Positions 1 to 9,585 of a stretch of 64,000 nt of DNA are shown here, one piece after another. Location of the stretch: NCBI GenBank assembly GCA_030867685.1, contig JAQOWU010000007.1, positions 1,612,001 through 1,676,000 of the forward strand, in the 5' to 3' direction. Origin of the DNA: Wickerhamiella versatilis. Taxonomy: Eukaryota. The number at the start of each line of letters is the position of its first letter. Position 1 is the stretch's first letter. Both the position numbers and the translations under genes were made by a program. The notes under the pieces are model-generated. The model did no database searches and had not been told where the DNA came from. It saw nothing but the letters and a program-made list of their open reading frames with translations.

Positions 1-981
1 GAACTGGTCAGGAGATGTCTTCGAGATCTTACCCCTGCCAAGGCAGACACAGCCCTGACTTGGGCCGCTTGCATATTACGCAAAAATCCTCCCAGAAATA
101 TTCTTTGGGCTTTGATTCTAGGCTCTGACCGTCTTCCCTATCTCGATGGTGGCATGCCGTTGACGGCTGCAGTCGAAAGTAGAACTGCACTTGAACAACT
201 TCGTTTTATGACAATGAGGAATGTTCCAGCAAAGGTAGTAACCCGACTGTTGTCTCGACATACCTCCAGACTCGGGGTCAGAGCTCCTCAGCCGGATGAA
301 GTTGATCTTCTTTTGACGGGTATGATTATACTGAGCGAGAAATCAAGAGGAAAGCAGCGAGAATTCGCTCAAAGTGTTGGAAGGCTGCTTTTACGACCCT
401 CCTCCACCGCGCAACCGGTTGTTCGCAAACTCGTGGCGCAGGCCGCCCGAGGGCCACTATCGGAGCAAGCTTCTGCCGTGCTATTAGGGCTACTTGTCCG
501 ACATCGTAGCTACGCAGCTGCAGTGAGCATTCTACAAGCCCTAGATGCAGCTAAAATGCCTCCAGGGCCATTAAGTACCCTCCTGGAAGGCGTGGCCATC
601 CATGCACCTGAGTCGGTTGTAAGTTTGGCAAGATGGCTGCTCCGACGGGGAGCACAGATTTCGCAGACTGTCCTTCGTAAAATCGCTATTCATGTTATTG
701 AGAACCCTGCTCTCAGTGATCGACAGGCTCTACGCCGTTTTTTGGGAATTCGCGATTTAATACCAGGACACCGTCTTGGTCCCCGTGCTTCTAGTGCCCT
801 AGTCGAATCAATGCTGAGTCGGGCGCGTCGGCACGGAAGGGGCTCTCGTGCCCGTCTTGCTTGGGCCCTGAATTTAGCGTTAGAGCAAAATGTTCCTCGA
901 TCGCGCATAAAACGCTGGCTGTCTGAGCTACAGAGGATGAGGGCTCATGGTGAGGCGTATTGGGCTTATTTCCCACGGTAA
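1..981 (+). CDS. 3' part of an uncharacterised Leu/Ala/Arg-rich helical-repeat protein (possibly a mitochondrial PPR-like factor); 5' end lies outside the window
   Basis: Frame 1 is open from base 1 to TAA at 979-981. The track start at 112 is a TTG, not a true start. Basic, helical composition; no diagnostic motif recognised. Confidence 0.65.
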   Translation, partial: ELVRRCLRDLTPAKADTALTWAACILRKNPPRNILWALILGSDRLPYLDGGMPLTAAVESRTALEQLRFMTMRNVPAKVVTRLLSRHTSRLGVRAPQPDEVDLLLTGMIILSEKSRGKQREFAQSVGRLLLRPSSTAQPVVRKLVAQAARGPLSEQASAVLLGLLVRHRSYAAAVSILQALDAAKMPPGPLSTLLEGVAIHAPESVVSLARWLLRRGAQISQTVLRKIAIHVIENPALSDRQALRRFLGIRDLIPGHRLGPRASSALVESMLSRARRHGRGSRARLAWALNLALEQNVPRSRIKRWLSELQRMRAHGEAYWAYFPR

Positions 982-1091
982 TTATAGACAAAATAATACT
1001 TTAATTAATTGCATCTATGTATATGTGACGAAGATGATAAGCGTTCAATATATGGTACGGGTCCGGGTCCTGTTTACCGGATCAGCTGATT

Positions 1092-1097
1092 ACGCGT
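1092..1097. promoter_or_regulatory. MCB element (ACGCGT) upstream of the Rrm3/Pif1 helicase
   Basis: Exact ACGCGT 14 bp before ATG 1112, fitting a G1/S DNA-replication gene. Confidence 0.45.
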
Positions 1098-1111
1098 CTG
1101 ACTGTCTTGAC

Positions 1112-2896
1112 ATGCAAGGGTCGGGAACTGGTAAAAAGCGTGACCAGCCATCCTTGCATGCCTTTTTTGGCAAAAGGTTAGGCTCGCAGAACCGCAAGCC
1201 GCTGAATTCGCTTTCGCAGACCCCCAAAAGGGAGCCATCTTTTGAAGTAAAAAATAGACCTACTTGGTGGCATCAACCGAAAGAAAACCCGACAAAGCGA
1301 CAAAAACAGGAGGATTCAGAGTCTTCGTCGCGTCTGCGCCTCTGGGATGGTACTGCTCGCCCGCTGGTTCGGCCTCAAGGAGCGGCATCTGCCAAAAGGC
1401 AGGTATCCAACTCAACGCCAGATATTATATATGCGATGCTAACTGACGAACAAAAGCATGTACTAGACTTGGTTCTCAGCGGCCAATCGATCTTTTTTAC
1501 CGGTGCTGCTGGAACAGGTAAGTCATATCTTCTTCGACGGGTCGTGGAGAATCTTGCAATGCGGCACCGTAAAGATGAGGTCGCTGTCACGGCAACCACG
1601 GGTCTAGCTTCTTTTAATATTGAGGGAATGACTATACATAGGTGGGGTGGACTGGGATTAGCGCGTGGATCGCCTGAACAGATAGCGAAAAACATAACTG
1701 CGAATCGTAAGGATGCCTTGTTGAGATGGAAGCGATGTAAGGTTCTTGTTATTGATGAGATTTCTATGTTGGATGGTGATCTTTTCGATAAGTTGGAAGA
1801 GATAGCTCGTAGAGTACGCAATTCCCCACAGGCCTTTGGCGGTATTCAGGTAGTGCTTACGGGCGATTTCTTTCAATTACCACCCGTGTCAAAAGAGGGG
1901 CCGTCCAAGCTCTGTTTTGAGTCTCAAAAGTGGCAAAGCGTAGTTAGCAAGAATATTGTACTGTCCAAAGTGTTTCGACAGAAAGACGTACGACTAATTG
2001 ACATGTTAAACGCGATGCGTCACGGGCGCCTTACACCTCCCGTAATTGCTCAATTCAAGGCGCTAGCGCGTGAGGTAAAATATACAGATGGCTTGGAGCC
2101 AACGCAGCTGTTCCCTCTTAGATCTCAGGTTGAAGCTGCTAACCGTAATCGCATGTCTGCGCTTGGTGGTCGGACTTTCACATTCTCAGCACAAGATACC
2201 CCTAATTGGGAGTCGACCGCAAAATATTTCGAGCAGCTACTCGCGCCAAAGCAGCTTGATCTCAAGGTAGGAGCCCAAGTTTTGTTGATATGGAATATCG
2301 ATGAGACGTTGGTAAATGGTCGTCGTGGGACTGTGATAAGCTTTGCCCCAGAGGAAACAGGTGAGACTCTCGCAAAGATATTCCGTGAAATTCCCAGAGT
2401 TCAACAGCTTTATAATATGATGCTTGACCGTCAGGGTGTGACGTCCGAGTCCGAAAAGATTATTGCCGAACTGGGTCTCAACAAGGGTCAAATAGATATT
2501 CTTTATCTTTCTCTGCATTCCAAAACCCCGAAGTATCCTATAGTTGATTTTACGAGGGGTCTCATAGTGCTTGTTCCTCCAAAAGATTTCACTGTAGGAC
2601 TTCCAGCAGGCGGAGGACCACCAATCCCTGCAAGAGGTGGACAAGGGGGTAAACTGGAGGGGCAACGCCATCAAGTTCCATTAGTTCTTTCTTGGGCTTT
2701 GTCAATTCATAAAGCTCAAGGTCAAACATTGGATCGAGTAAAAGTTGACCTGAGTGGCACATTTGAACGGGGCCAGGCCTATGTGGCTGTTTCACGTGCA
2801 TCTTCGTACGATCGTCTCCAGATCACGGGGTTCGATCCATCCAGAGTAAAGGTTGATGAGAAGGTTAAGGGATTCTACGGCAGCCTGGGACATTGA
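1112..2896 (+). CDS. RRM3: Pif1-family 5'-3' DNA helicase, Rrm3-like
   Basis: Motifs GAAGTGKS, DEISM, FGGIQVVLTGDFFQLPPV, SIHKAQGQTL and GQAYVAVSR. An N-terminal PIP box (QPSLHAFF) favours Rrm3 over Pif1. Start moved to ATG 1112 because the track start at 947 overlaps the upstream gene. Confidence 0.85.
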   Translation: MQGSGTGKKRDQPSLHAFFGKRLGSQNRKPLNSLSQTPKREPSFEVKNRPTWWHQPKENPTKRQKQEDSESSSRLRLWDGTARPLVRPQGAASAKRQVSNSTPDIIYAMLTDEQKHVLDLVLSGQSIFFTGAAGTGKSYLLRRVVENLAMRHRKDEVAVTATTGLASFNIEGMTIHRWGGLGLARGSPEQIAKNITANRKDALLRWKRCKVLVIDEISMLDGDLFDKLEEIARRVRNSPQAFGGIQVVLTGDFFQLPPVSKEGPSKLCFESQKWQSVVSKNIVLSKVFRQKDVRLIDMLNAMRHGRLTPPVIAQFKALAREVKYTDGLEPTQLFPLRSQVEAANRNRMSALGGRTFTFSAQDTPNWESTAKYFEQLLAPKQLDLKVGAQVLLIWNIDETLVNGRRGTVISFAPEETGETLAKIFREIPRVQQLYNMMLDRQGVTSESEKIIAELGLNKGQIDILYLSLHSKTPKYPIVDFTRGLIVLVPPKDFTVGLPAGGGPPIPARGGQGGKLEGQRHQVPLVLSWALSIHKAQGQTLDRVKVDLSGTFERGQAYVAVSRASSYDRLQITGFDPSRVKVDEKVKGFYGSLGH

Positions 2897-3085
2897 AATT
2901 TCCATTGGACTAATTACAGATTCATCGATAGAGGGGACAATATAAGCTAGCTTAGTTTCTGCTAAAGCATATAGTATAGTGCACTTTAGCTGATTGATTT
3001 CGTACATACCAACCGACCAATTGTCGCTAAAGAATTAGTAGGCTATCAGTCATGCGACCTATAGGCCGACAGGGACAATACACCT

Positions 3086-3094
3086 ATGACTCAT
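3086..3094. promoter_or_regulatory. Perfect Gcn4/AP-1 site ATGACTCAT
   Basis: Exact consensus 20 bp upstream of the ODC ATG. The carrier serves lysine and glutamate biosynthesis. Confidence 0.5.
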
Positions 3095-3114
3095 CTATCG
3101 TGGAATTATCTGTA

Positions 3115-4011
3115 ATGTCGACGACTAGCGAGCCAAAGCCTTTGCCCTTTGTGTACCAGTTTCTCAGTGGTGCAGTTGCTGGTATCTCCGAGATATTGGT
3201 CATGTACCCACTGGATGTTGTCAAGACGCGTATTCAGCTACAAACTGCGGAGCCGGGTTCTCCAGGCGCTTATACCTCCATGTTTGATTGCTTTAGCAAG
3301 ATAGTCAAGACTGAGGGCGCCTCGCGGCTCTATAAGGGAATCACGGCTCCGATCCTGATGGAGGCCCCAAAACGTGCTGTAAAATTCAGTGCTAACGACT
3401 CTTGGGGTAAGGTGTACCGTCAAGCATTCGGTGTGACCAAACAGACTCAGCCGTTGGCAATTCTTACCGGGGCTACGGCAGGAATAACTGAATCATTTGT
3501 TGTGGTACCCTTTGAACTTGTCAAGATCAGATTGCAAGACCAAAAGTCTACATTCAAGGGCCCCTTGGATGTTGTGTCACATGTTGTCAAGAAAGAGGGA
3601 CCATTGGCCATATATAACGGGTTAGAGGCTACCATGTGGCGCCACGCCTCCTGGAATGCAGGCTATTTCGGAATAATCTTCCAAATTAAGTCATTGCTGC
3701 CAAAGGCTGAAACCAAGGCTCAACAAACAAGGAACGATCTTTTGGCTGGCTCCTTAGGCGGGACCTGCGGTACTGCTATCAACACGCCATTTGATGTCGT
3801 GAAATCACGCATTCAGTCAACTGCTCGTGTGCCAGGACAAACACCCAAGTACAATTGGACCCTTCCCAGCATTGTAACTGTAGCTCGGGAAGAGGGCCTT
3901 GCTGCACTCTACAAGGGCTTCGTGCCTAAAGTGCTACGTCTCGGACCAGGCGGTGGCATTCTTCTCGTGGTATACACAACATGTATGGACTTTTTCCGCA
4001 AAATTGCGTAA
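3115..4011 (+). CDS. ODC1: Mitochondrial 2-oxodicarboxylate carrier (Odc1/Odc2)
   Basis: Three MCF repeats (PLDVVKTR, PFELVKIR, PFDVVKSR) and ODC-typical PILMEAPKRA, WNAGYFG and KVLRLGPGGGILL. Likely start MSTTSEPKPLPF at 3115. Confidence 0.92.
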   Translation: MSTTSEPKPLPFVYQFLSGAVAGISEILVMYPLDVVKTRIQLQTAEPGSPGAYTSMFDCFSKIVKTEGASRLYKGITAPILMEAPKRAVKFSANDSWGKVYRQAFGVTKQTQPLAILTGATAGITESFVVVPFELVKIRLQDQKSTFKGPLDVVSHVVKKEGPLAIYNGLEATMWRHASWNAGYFGIIFQIKSLLPKAETKAQQTRNDLLAGSLGGTCGTAINTPFDVVKSRIQSTARVPGQTPKYNWTLPSIVTVAREEGLAALYKGFVPKVLRLGPGGGILLVVYTTCMDFFRKIA

Positions 4012-4217
4012 TGACAGGACACTTTTTTCTCCGGTCTTTTATCTTGCAGGTTAGCCTAAAATTATGTTCAGATTTCGAGGATAAAGATGAGTAAGTGAGT
4101 AAGCATGTTAGCAAGTAAGCGTATTGTCGTTGAATATTGTTACCCTGATTATATAACAAACTAAAAATAGATGAACTGGTCTAAAATAATTTTTAGATAT
4201 TCGCCCTGACTTTCACT

Positions 4218-4470
4218 ATGCAGAATTTGCCAAGGCATTCTGTGGGGTTATCGGCCACCTAATGTGTTGTTTTCTGCAAATTGAGTCATATGTATATGAT
4301 GAGTGTTGGCAATTACCATTTGATTCATGAAATCCTCAAACTCGACTGGTGCCTATGAATTCAGCTGTTTTACAGCCCTTCCAGTACCTTCCAATATTTG
4401 GAATAAGTCAATTTATACACAAAATCCCCGACATTAATTTCGTGTTCTGTCGCATATGACTGGTTCTGAT
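4218..4470 (+). ncRNA. Candidate structured ncRNA (box C/D-like), unidentified
   Basis: Several local inverted repeats, with ATGATGA at 4296-4302 and CTGA at 4466-4469, in an intergenic stretch with no long ORF. No match to a known RNA recognised. Confidence 0.25.
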
Positions 4471-4855
4471 GTGTCATCCCACCGTACTGAAATAGTCATT
4501 CCAGAAACAAAAGGAGAATAAAAGCACAACGAGGACATGGATGCCATATTTATTTAGTGGAGACCATCTAGACTACTGTGAAAATTAGTTCTGTGGATAA
4601 ACTAGCCATTTTTGATTTTGCTTTATTCTGTTGGCTATGTGCGCGTAGGTTCACGTGATATGGAAAAATATGCAGGGGAGGTTTTCGCAATTGTAAGGTT
4701 TGAAAGTATGAAATCGAATAAATTATTTTAGAAAACTTTTAGTGGGAGCTACTTAAGCGTTTTGCTAAAAAATATAAACGAATTGTAGTAGCATAGCCCT
4801 TTTTACAGATGTGTTCAACGGAAATATGCATGCGGCTCTGAATTACCTAATTGGG

Positions 4856-4894
4856 ACACGAAATTCTTTCGTGTGCGAAAAATTAAATATATAA
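4856..4894 (+). promoter_or_regulatory. Inverted SCB pair (ACACGAAA-ttc-TTTCGTGT) followed by TATA box (TATATAA, 4888-4894)
   Basis: Directly visible 8-bp inverted repeat. The TATA box ends 39 bp before ATG 4934. Confidence 0.5.
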
Positions 4895-4933
4895 GGGAGG
4901 TATCTGTCCCCACCTAATCCCTATCAGTTTCAA

Positions 4934-5110
4934 ATGTCAGAATTTTTTTCATATCCAGTTGTATCTCCTACCCGTTCAAAGAATTCGTTGCTCTCTCCAC
5001 AGCAGTCCCCTGGCCACCGCGCCCCTGAGCTTGTCAACACTCAGCGCCAGAGAGTGCCAAAGTCAAGCAATGATAGCCTGAAAAAGAAAATAGCAAAGAT
5101 TTTCTCCTAA
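4934..5110 (+). CDS. 58-aa microprotein MSEFFSYPVVSPTRSKNSLLSPQQSPGHRAPELVNTQRQRVPKSSNDSLKKKIAKIFS
   Basis: Hand-translated ATG to TAA. Good start context (caaATGtca), upstream TATA, more GC-rich than its flanks, AT-rich 3' region. Below the 60-aa track cut-off. Confidence 0.6.
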   Translation: MSEFFSYPVVSPTRSKNSLLSPQQSPGHRAPELVNTQRQRVPKSSNDSLKKKIAKIFS

Positions 5111-5476
5111 GAATGGCCAGTACCCAGCATCTATAGCTGTGCCAATGTGGGGAAAATGGTGCTAAGCTTGATCATCTTGGTCTGCCATGCCAATCGTTAA
5201 GCATTAATTCATTCAAGCAAGCGTTTCCGAATTTTGTCATTGGGCTTATTTATTCTCGAAAATTATATGTTAAATAGTAATAGTTATATAAAAAAACAAA
5301 GCAATAATAATAGCAAGCGTGATAATCATAATAACAAGTCTCAAACGACCTAATCCGAGCATGCTGTCGTCGTTGTGAATGTGCTGAATGAATCATGCAG
5401 GTTTCAAGTATTGGGAGGTAAGCTTAGTTCGACTGTCATAACTATGATAATTAAGTCCTATAACACATTTTTTTTC

Positions 5477-8400
5477 TCAGATTTGCTCCACAAGTTCCAC
5501 AAGTTCTGCTTTAGCACTTTCTACCTGGGCGGCTGTGCCTTGAATGTGAATTGATTCAGACTTGGAATTCTTGGGGATGGTAATACTAGCACCAGTCTTG
5601 CGGCGGATGCCGTTGACAGTCGATCCACCAGGGCCCACTAGTCTAGCAAACACACCAGGTTTCGGCGAGATCCATAGCCAACCGTCTACTTGTGGTTCAA
5701 TTTTTTGCAGTTTTGTCGTTAGTTCCTCAAGTGCTTTTGGGTCATCACAAGAAAGTTGCCAGGTTCTTGTGCTTGAACTATTTTCAACCTTCCATCCCCA
5801 AGAGGCTCCCTCAGAGGCAGGCTCAATTGACGAGGGTTCCTTAGGAGGCGATGGCCGTCGGCCCTGAGGCTGGGCATGTACATTAGACGTGCAGTAATCA
5901 CGCACATCAGCAAAAGACGGCACTTTGACCGTGACTATGTCTGTGGCAGCAATTTTAGCAAGATACTCCTTTGCTTCGTCAACACTTTTTTCAGTGGGAC
6001 CGCGAATGTATATGGGCCCATCCTCGTTTCGTGCGGGAATAGATATACGTACACCAAATTTTACTTCTGTAGCACGCCTCGTAGAACCCTGAGAGCCAAC
6101 AAGGAGCTTGTGGCGGTCTGAGGGGACATCCAATGTTGCCTCGTACCGTTCCTGATCCTCCTCTTGCTTTACAATGTCCTTGACCCGCTCTTCAATTTTG
6201 GCGACCACCTCCGACGGCCCGGAAATTCTGATCTTCGTAGATTGGACACGCGAGGGCGGGACCGCCAATGTTCCTCCGCCGGCGGCACGGGTGATTTCGT
6301 CGCGCACAGCATTGTTTAAACCGGTTAGCAGACGATGATACTTCGTATCCACATCAATTTCAATCTCCTTTTGATCTTCAAGGTCTCTTACGTAGTTTTC
6401 TATGAGTTTTTTGGCCTCATTCACCGCCTTCTCCGTACCGGTAGCCCTGATGGTCCCGTCATGGCCGACATCAATGTCATTCGCATTACTGAGTGCTTTG
6501 AACGATGCAACCTGTCCACCTTGTTTTCCAATAACCCGGGGCAGAAGTTCAGGTGATACATGGAATTCTTGGGAGTGCGACTGACTCTTCTCATAATCAA
6601 CCACGTCCCGGAACTCGCGTTTAACCGCATTGACACCCTTAGATGGCCCTCTGAGTTTGATAATTGTGGAATCCTTGGTGTGTGGGAACGTGATTTGTGT
6701 GTCGTATTTCTCGCTGACTCGGTTGACACTTTTACCACCAGGGCCGATGAGTAGAGAATGGTACTCAAGCGGAATATCTACTTCTGACGTGGTCAAGTCA
6801 CGCAGACGCTCCTGAAGGTTGAAAATATGCTTCTGGGCACGTTTGACATTTGCCTCGATACCACGAAGTTTGACAAGTCCATTGTCATCAACGTCTATGC
6901 GGACGTCATATTCGTCTCTGAGCTTAGATATCTGCTGGCCCGACTTTCCGATAAGTTGACGCACATGCTGAGGGTCGAAGGAAAATTCTGTGGTGTAACT
7001 GGCCAACTCCACATAATCTTTTGAGACCTTTAGCGCCTCAGCCGCCTGTTCAAGGGCTTTTTCAACGTTCTTTGTTGGGCCATTCAGTGTTTTGTTGGTA
7101 TAGTCGACAACCACATCACTAGGTGGCCACATACTTTTTGCCGGGCCCTGCAAATTCTGTAGAGCCTTCGCCTCCGGCAATGTCTTGGTGACAATGTTCG
7201 CAGCTTCGAACTCGACAGGGGCAAGCTGGGATCGAGTGCTGGCCAATCTTTCACTGATCTCACCGGCGGTGGGAGGAAAATCGACTACAGGAGAGTCGTA
7301 GTACAACACTAAGTCATGATCTACCACAATCGCCTTAATATCACCATCAGCGGGCATCTTACTGAGAGCCTGTTTGCTGAGGTATGGAGAGCCCAGTTTA
7401 GGGATCACTTCGATTGCAATGGGGCTTAGCAAGTTGACCCGCTCCACCAGTGCCTTTCTTGCCTTCCCCACAGCGTCCTCATGGCCGAGAAATTCGAACA
7501 AATAGGGCTCAGGTGTCTGGACTCTTACAGAAAAGTCAGAGGACAGCTTCTGTGCGAACTTTGTCGAAGAAAACAACCGCCCCAGTAAATTTGCATGTGC
7601 TTCATTACGGTTGTGTGCCCGCGTGAGATCCACCACGGCATGGGTTAGCGACTTTACGTACTTATCCACTGCTGCTTTCGCAGCGGCAAGGGATGCAGGC
7701 GGTCCAAATACGACCCCTTCCTCGGGAATCACTACCGCATGTGTTGAATCCCATGCTATGAGGGGTGGAACAAACTTGACGAGCTCGTTTTCGACAGGTA
7801 GCCGCTGGAAATCCTTGTCCCAGTCGTTGACGGCATCATTAATCTTAGAAATCTCTGCCCTGACTGTAGGCCAGTCTCCGGTCAAGACCAGTTTGCCCTT
7901 CACAACACTACCGAGAGGCAATTCGCCAGCAAATGGCTGCTGGTAATTCTTGAGAGATAATGATGCACGCACCTCCCCTACAGTTGCGAGTAGTCGGCCT
8001 ATGGCACTTTCCACGCCGTGCTCGCGGCCCTCCACCTTGACGTCTATGACGTCCAGATCCCAAGCCCCCTGCTTATGACTACTGCCCAAATGGATCTTTG
8101 TTTGGGTCTCGTCTGTGATTTCATGGAGCGTTGAGCCCTTGGGGCCAAGAATAGCTGCCCGTGCAGATGCCGGAACCACGACTGTACGGGCGATCTTTGG
8201 GCTAAGACGATCAGCAAGGCCTGCCTTCGCAGTGGTGATTTTCTCGGGGCTACCTCGAATGAGGAACGTTGTGTAGCCCGGCACCCCTTTCGATGCTTCA
8301 ATGGAAACGCCAGTCAGCCGCTGGACTTCCCTGACTGCCTCGGCCGGTGAGGTGGGTGTGGGGAGCGACACCCGCTCACTACGACGCGTGTTTAAGGTTT

Positions 8401-8629
8401 TTGCAGCGAGGTTGGTGGTACCCCACCCGTTCCCGGCGGAGGTCGTGGCTGGTCGGCTAGAAGCTCGAGGAAGGGTCGGGAGGTCCGCTAAGTTAACTCG
8501 CGGCGTACCGTTCGCGGTTTTAGTAGGACCTAATCCATCTCCATTGCTGGTTGTGCTACCATCAGCTGCAGCATGCCTACTTTGGAGACGTTCAGCAAGT
8601 GAGCTGCTACTGTTATCCCCGACTTCCAT
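5477..8629 (-). CDS. SCP160: Vigilin-family multi-KH-domain RNA-binding protein
   Basis: Many KH GxxG loops (ILGPKGS, LIGKSGQ, LIGPGGK, VIGKQGG, LVGSQGS, LVGPGGS) and an N-terminal low-complexity region with a 'DLPTL' motif. Confidence 0.88.
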   Translation of the reverse strand: MEVGDNSSSSLAERLQSRHAAADGSTTSNGDGLGPTKTANGTPRVNLADLPTLPRASSRPATTSAGNGWGTTNLAAKTLNTRRSERVSLPTPTSPAEAVREVQRLTGVSIEASKGVPGYTTFLIRGSPEKITTAKAGLADRLSPKIARTVVVPASARAAILGPKGSTLHEITDETQTKIHLGSSHKQGAWDLDVIDVKVEGREHGVESAIGRLLATVGEVRASLSLKNYQQPFAGELPLGSVVKGKLVLTGDWPTVRAEISKINDAVNDWDKDFQRLPVENELVKFVPPLIAWDSTHAVVIPEEGVVFGPPASLAAAKAAVDKYVKSLTHAVVDLTRAHNRNEAHANLLGRLFSSTKFAQKLSSDFSVRVQTPEPYLFEFLGHEDAVGKARKALVERVNLLSPIAIEVIPKLGSPYLSKQALSKMPADGDIKAIVVDHDLVLYYDSPVVDFPPTAGEISERLASTRSQLAPVEFEAANIVTKTLPEAKALQNLQGPAKSMWPPSDVVVDYTNKTLNGPTKNVEKALEQAAEALKVSKDYVELASYTTEFSFDPQHVRQLIGKSGQQISKLRDEYDVRIDVDDNGLVKLRGIEANVKRAQKHIFNLQERLRDLTTSEVDIPLEYHSLLIGPGGKSVNRVSEKYDTQITFPHTKDSTIIKLRGPSKGVNAVKREFRDVVDYEKSQSHSQEFHVSPELLPRVIGKQGGQVASFKALSNANDIDVGHDGTIRATGTEKAVNEAKKLIENYVRDLEDQKEIEIDVDTKYHRLLTGLNNAVRDEITRAAGGGTLAVPPSRVQSTKIRISGPSEVVAKIEERVKDIVKQEEDQERYEATLDVPSDRHKLLVGSQGSTRRATEVKFGVRISIPARNEDGPIYIRGPTEKSVDEAKEYLAKIAATDIVTVKVPSFADVRDYCTSNVHAQPQGRRPSPPKEPSSIEPASEGASWGWKVENSSSTRTWQLSCDDPKALEELTTKLQKIEPQVDGWLWISPKPGVFARLVGPGGSTVNGIRRKTGASITIPKNSKSESIHIQGTAAQVESAKAELVELVEQI

Positions 8630-9585
8630 TTATTTCACAGCTATGCCAAGTGGCCACCAATGTCTAATTAGTCACGGAATATCTGATGTATGGGTTAGGG
8701 TAATGTTTCAAATCTGCCAGAACGCTTTAATGCGCGTCCAGCATCAAACTAATCTAAATATAGTGTTCCAGAATCAACCCGCGGGCCATCGGCAATCTTC
8801 ACCATCCGAACCTGGTTGGTGCTGGAAAAACCTGGATGATTAATGCGTCATTCTCCCACGGTGGGTCTACGGGATCACCCTGGTTAGTTACCGAACTGAT
8901 TAATGCGAGTACCAATCGAGAAGCACATGGTGTGTTAGTCATGGCTCTCGGGGTGTGTTATGATTATAGATAAAAGCTTCAGGCACAACCGGGCTGAACT
9001 TTGCTGTCTTGTATAAAATTTTTTCGTCCAGCCATTATAGCTATGCATTTATGAAAGTCACATGCATGTGATATGCGTGCGAGCACCTCGAAAACTTCTA
9101 ATGATGTAAGGGAGAAACGTTCACATTAAGTTTGAATGCAGGGAAATCTCGCATTACCATGAACAGTTACCCTACAAAGATCAAGCCCTATTCAGGATCT
9201 TCAGCAGCAGAAATGTGGGGAGCCGTATAGCAGCATCCCTCGATGTTTAAGGGATACGAGTTAAGATCGTAGCTGGGGCGCTGCGTAATATTGCCATTGG
9301 TGCAAGTGTGATCATATAAATAGGGTCAGAGCGGGGTCAGGCTGCAGTGTGAAACAAACGGAGGTTCCAGGACGAATTTCCCCTCAATGAGTTGGAGTAA
9401 CGACAAGTGATAAATACTCTGAGTTTCTTCACAACTCTAGCCACCATAATACCTAGCTACGCACCCGGATAAGGACTTTTCTGCGTTCAGGCAATTACAG
9501 GAAACGGTATCCAAGTCCGACTACCCTACCCTCTATCACAGTTCTTCCTATTTAGTCATACCTTTTTGATTCACTCGCAGGACTT

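Noticed and set aside
947..1111. N-terminal extension of the helicase ORF from ATG 947
   Set aside because: It overlaps the upstream gene and crosses AT-rich terminator-like DNA; the PIP box and MCB support ATG 1112.
4669..4810. Fragments resembling spliceosomal snRNA (ATGCAGGGG; GCCCTTTTTACAG)
   Set aside because: Only short imperfect matches; flanking conserved U5/U6 sequence and structure are absent.
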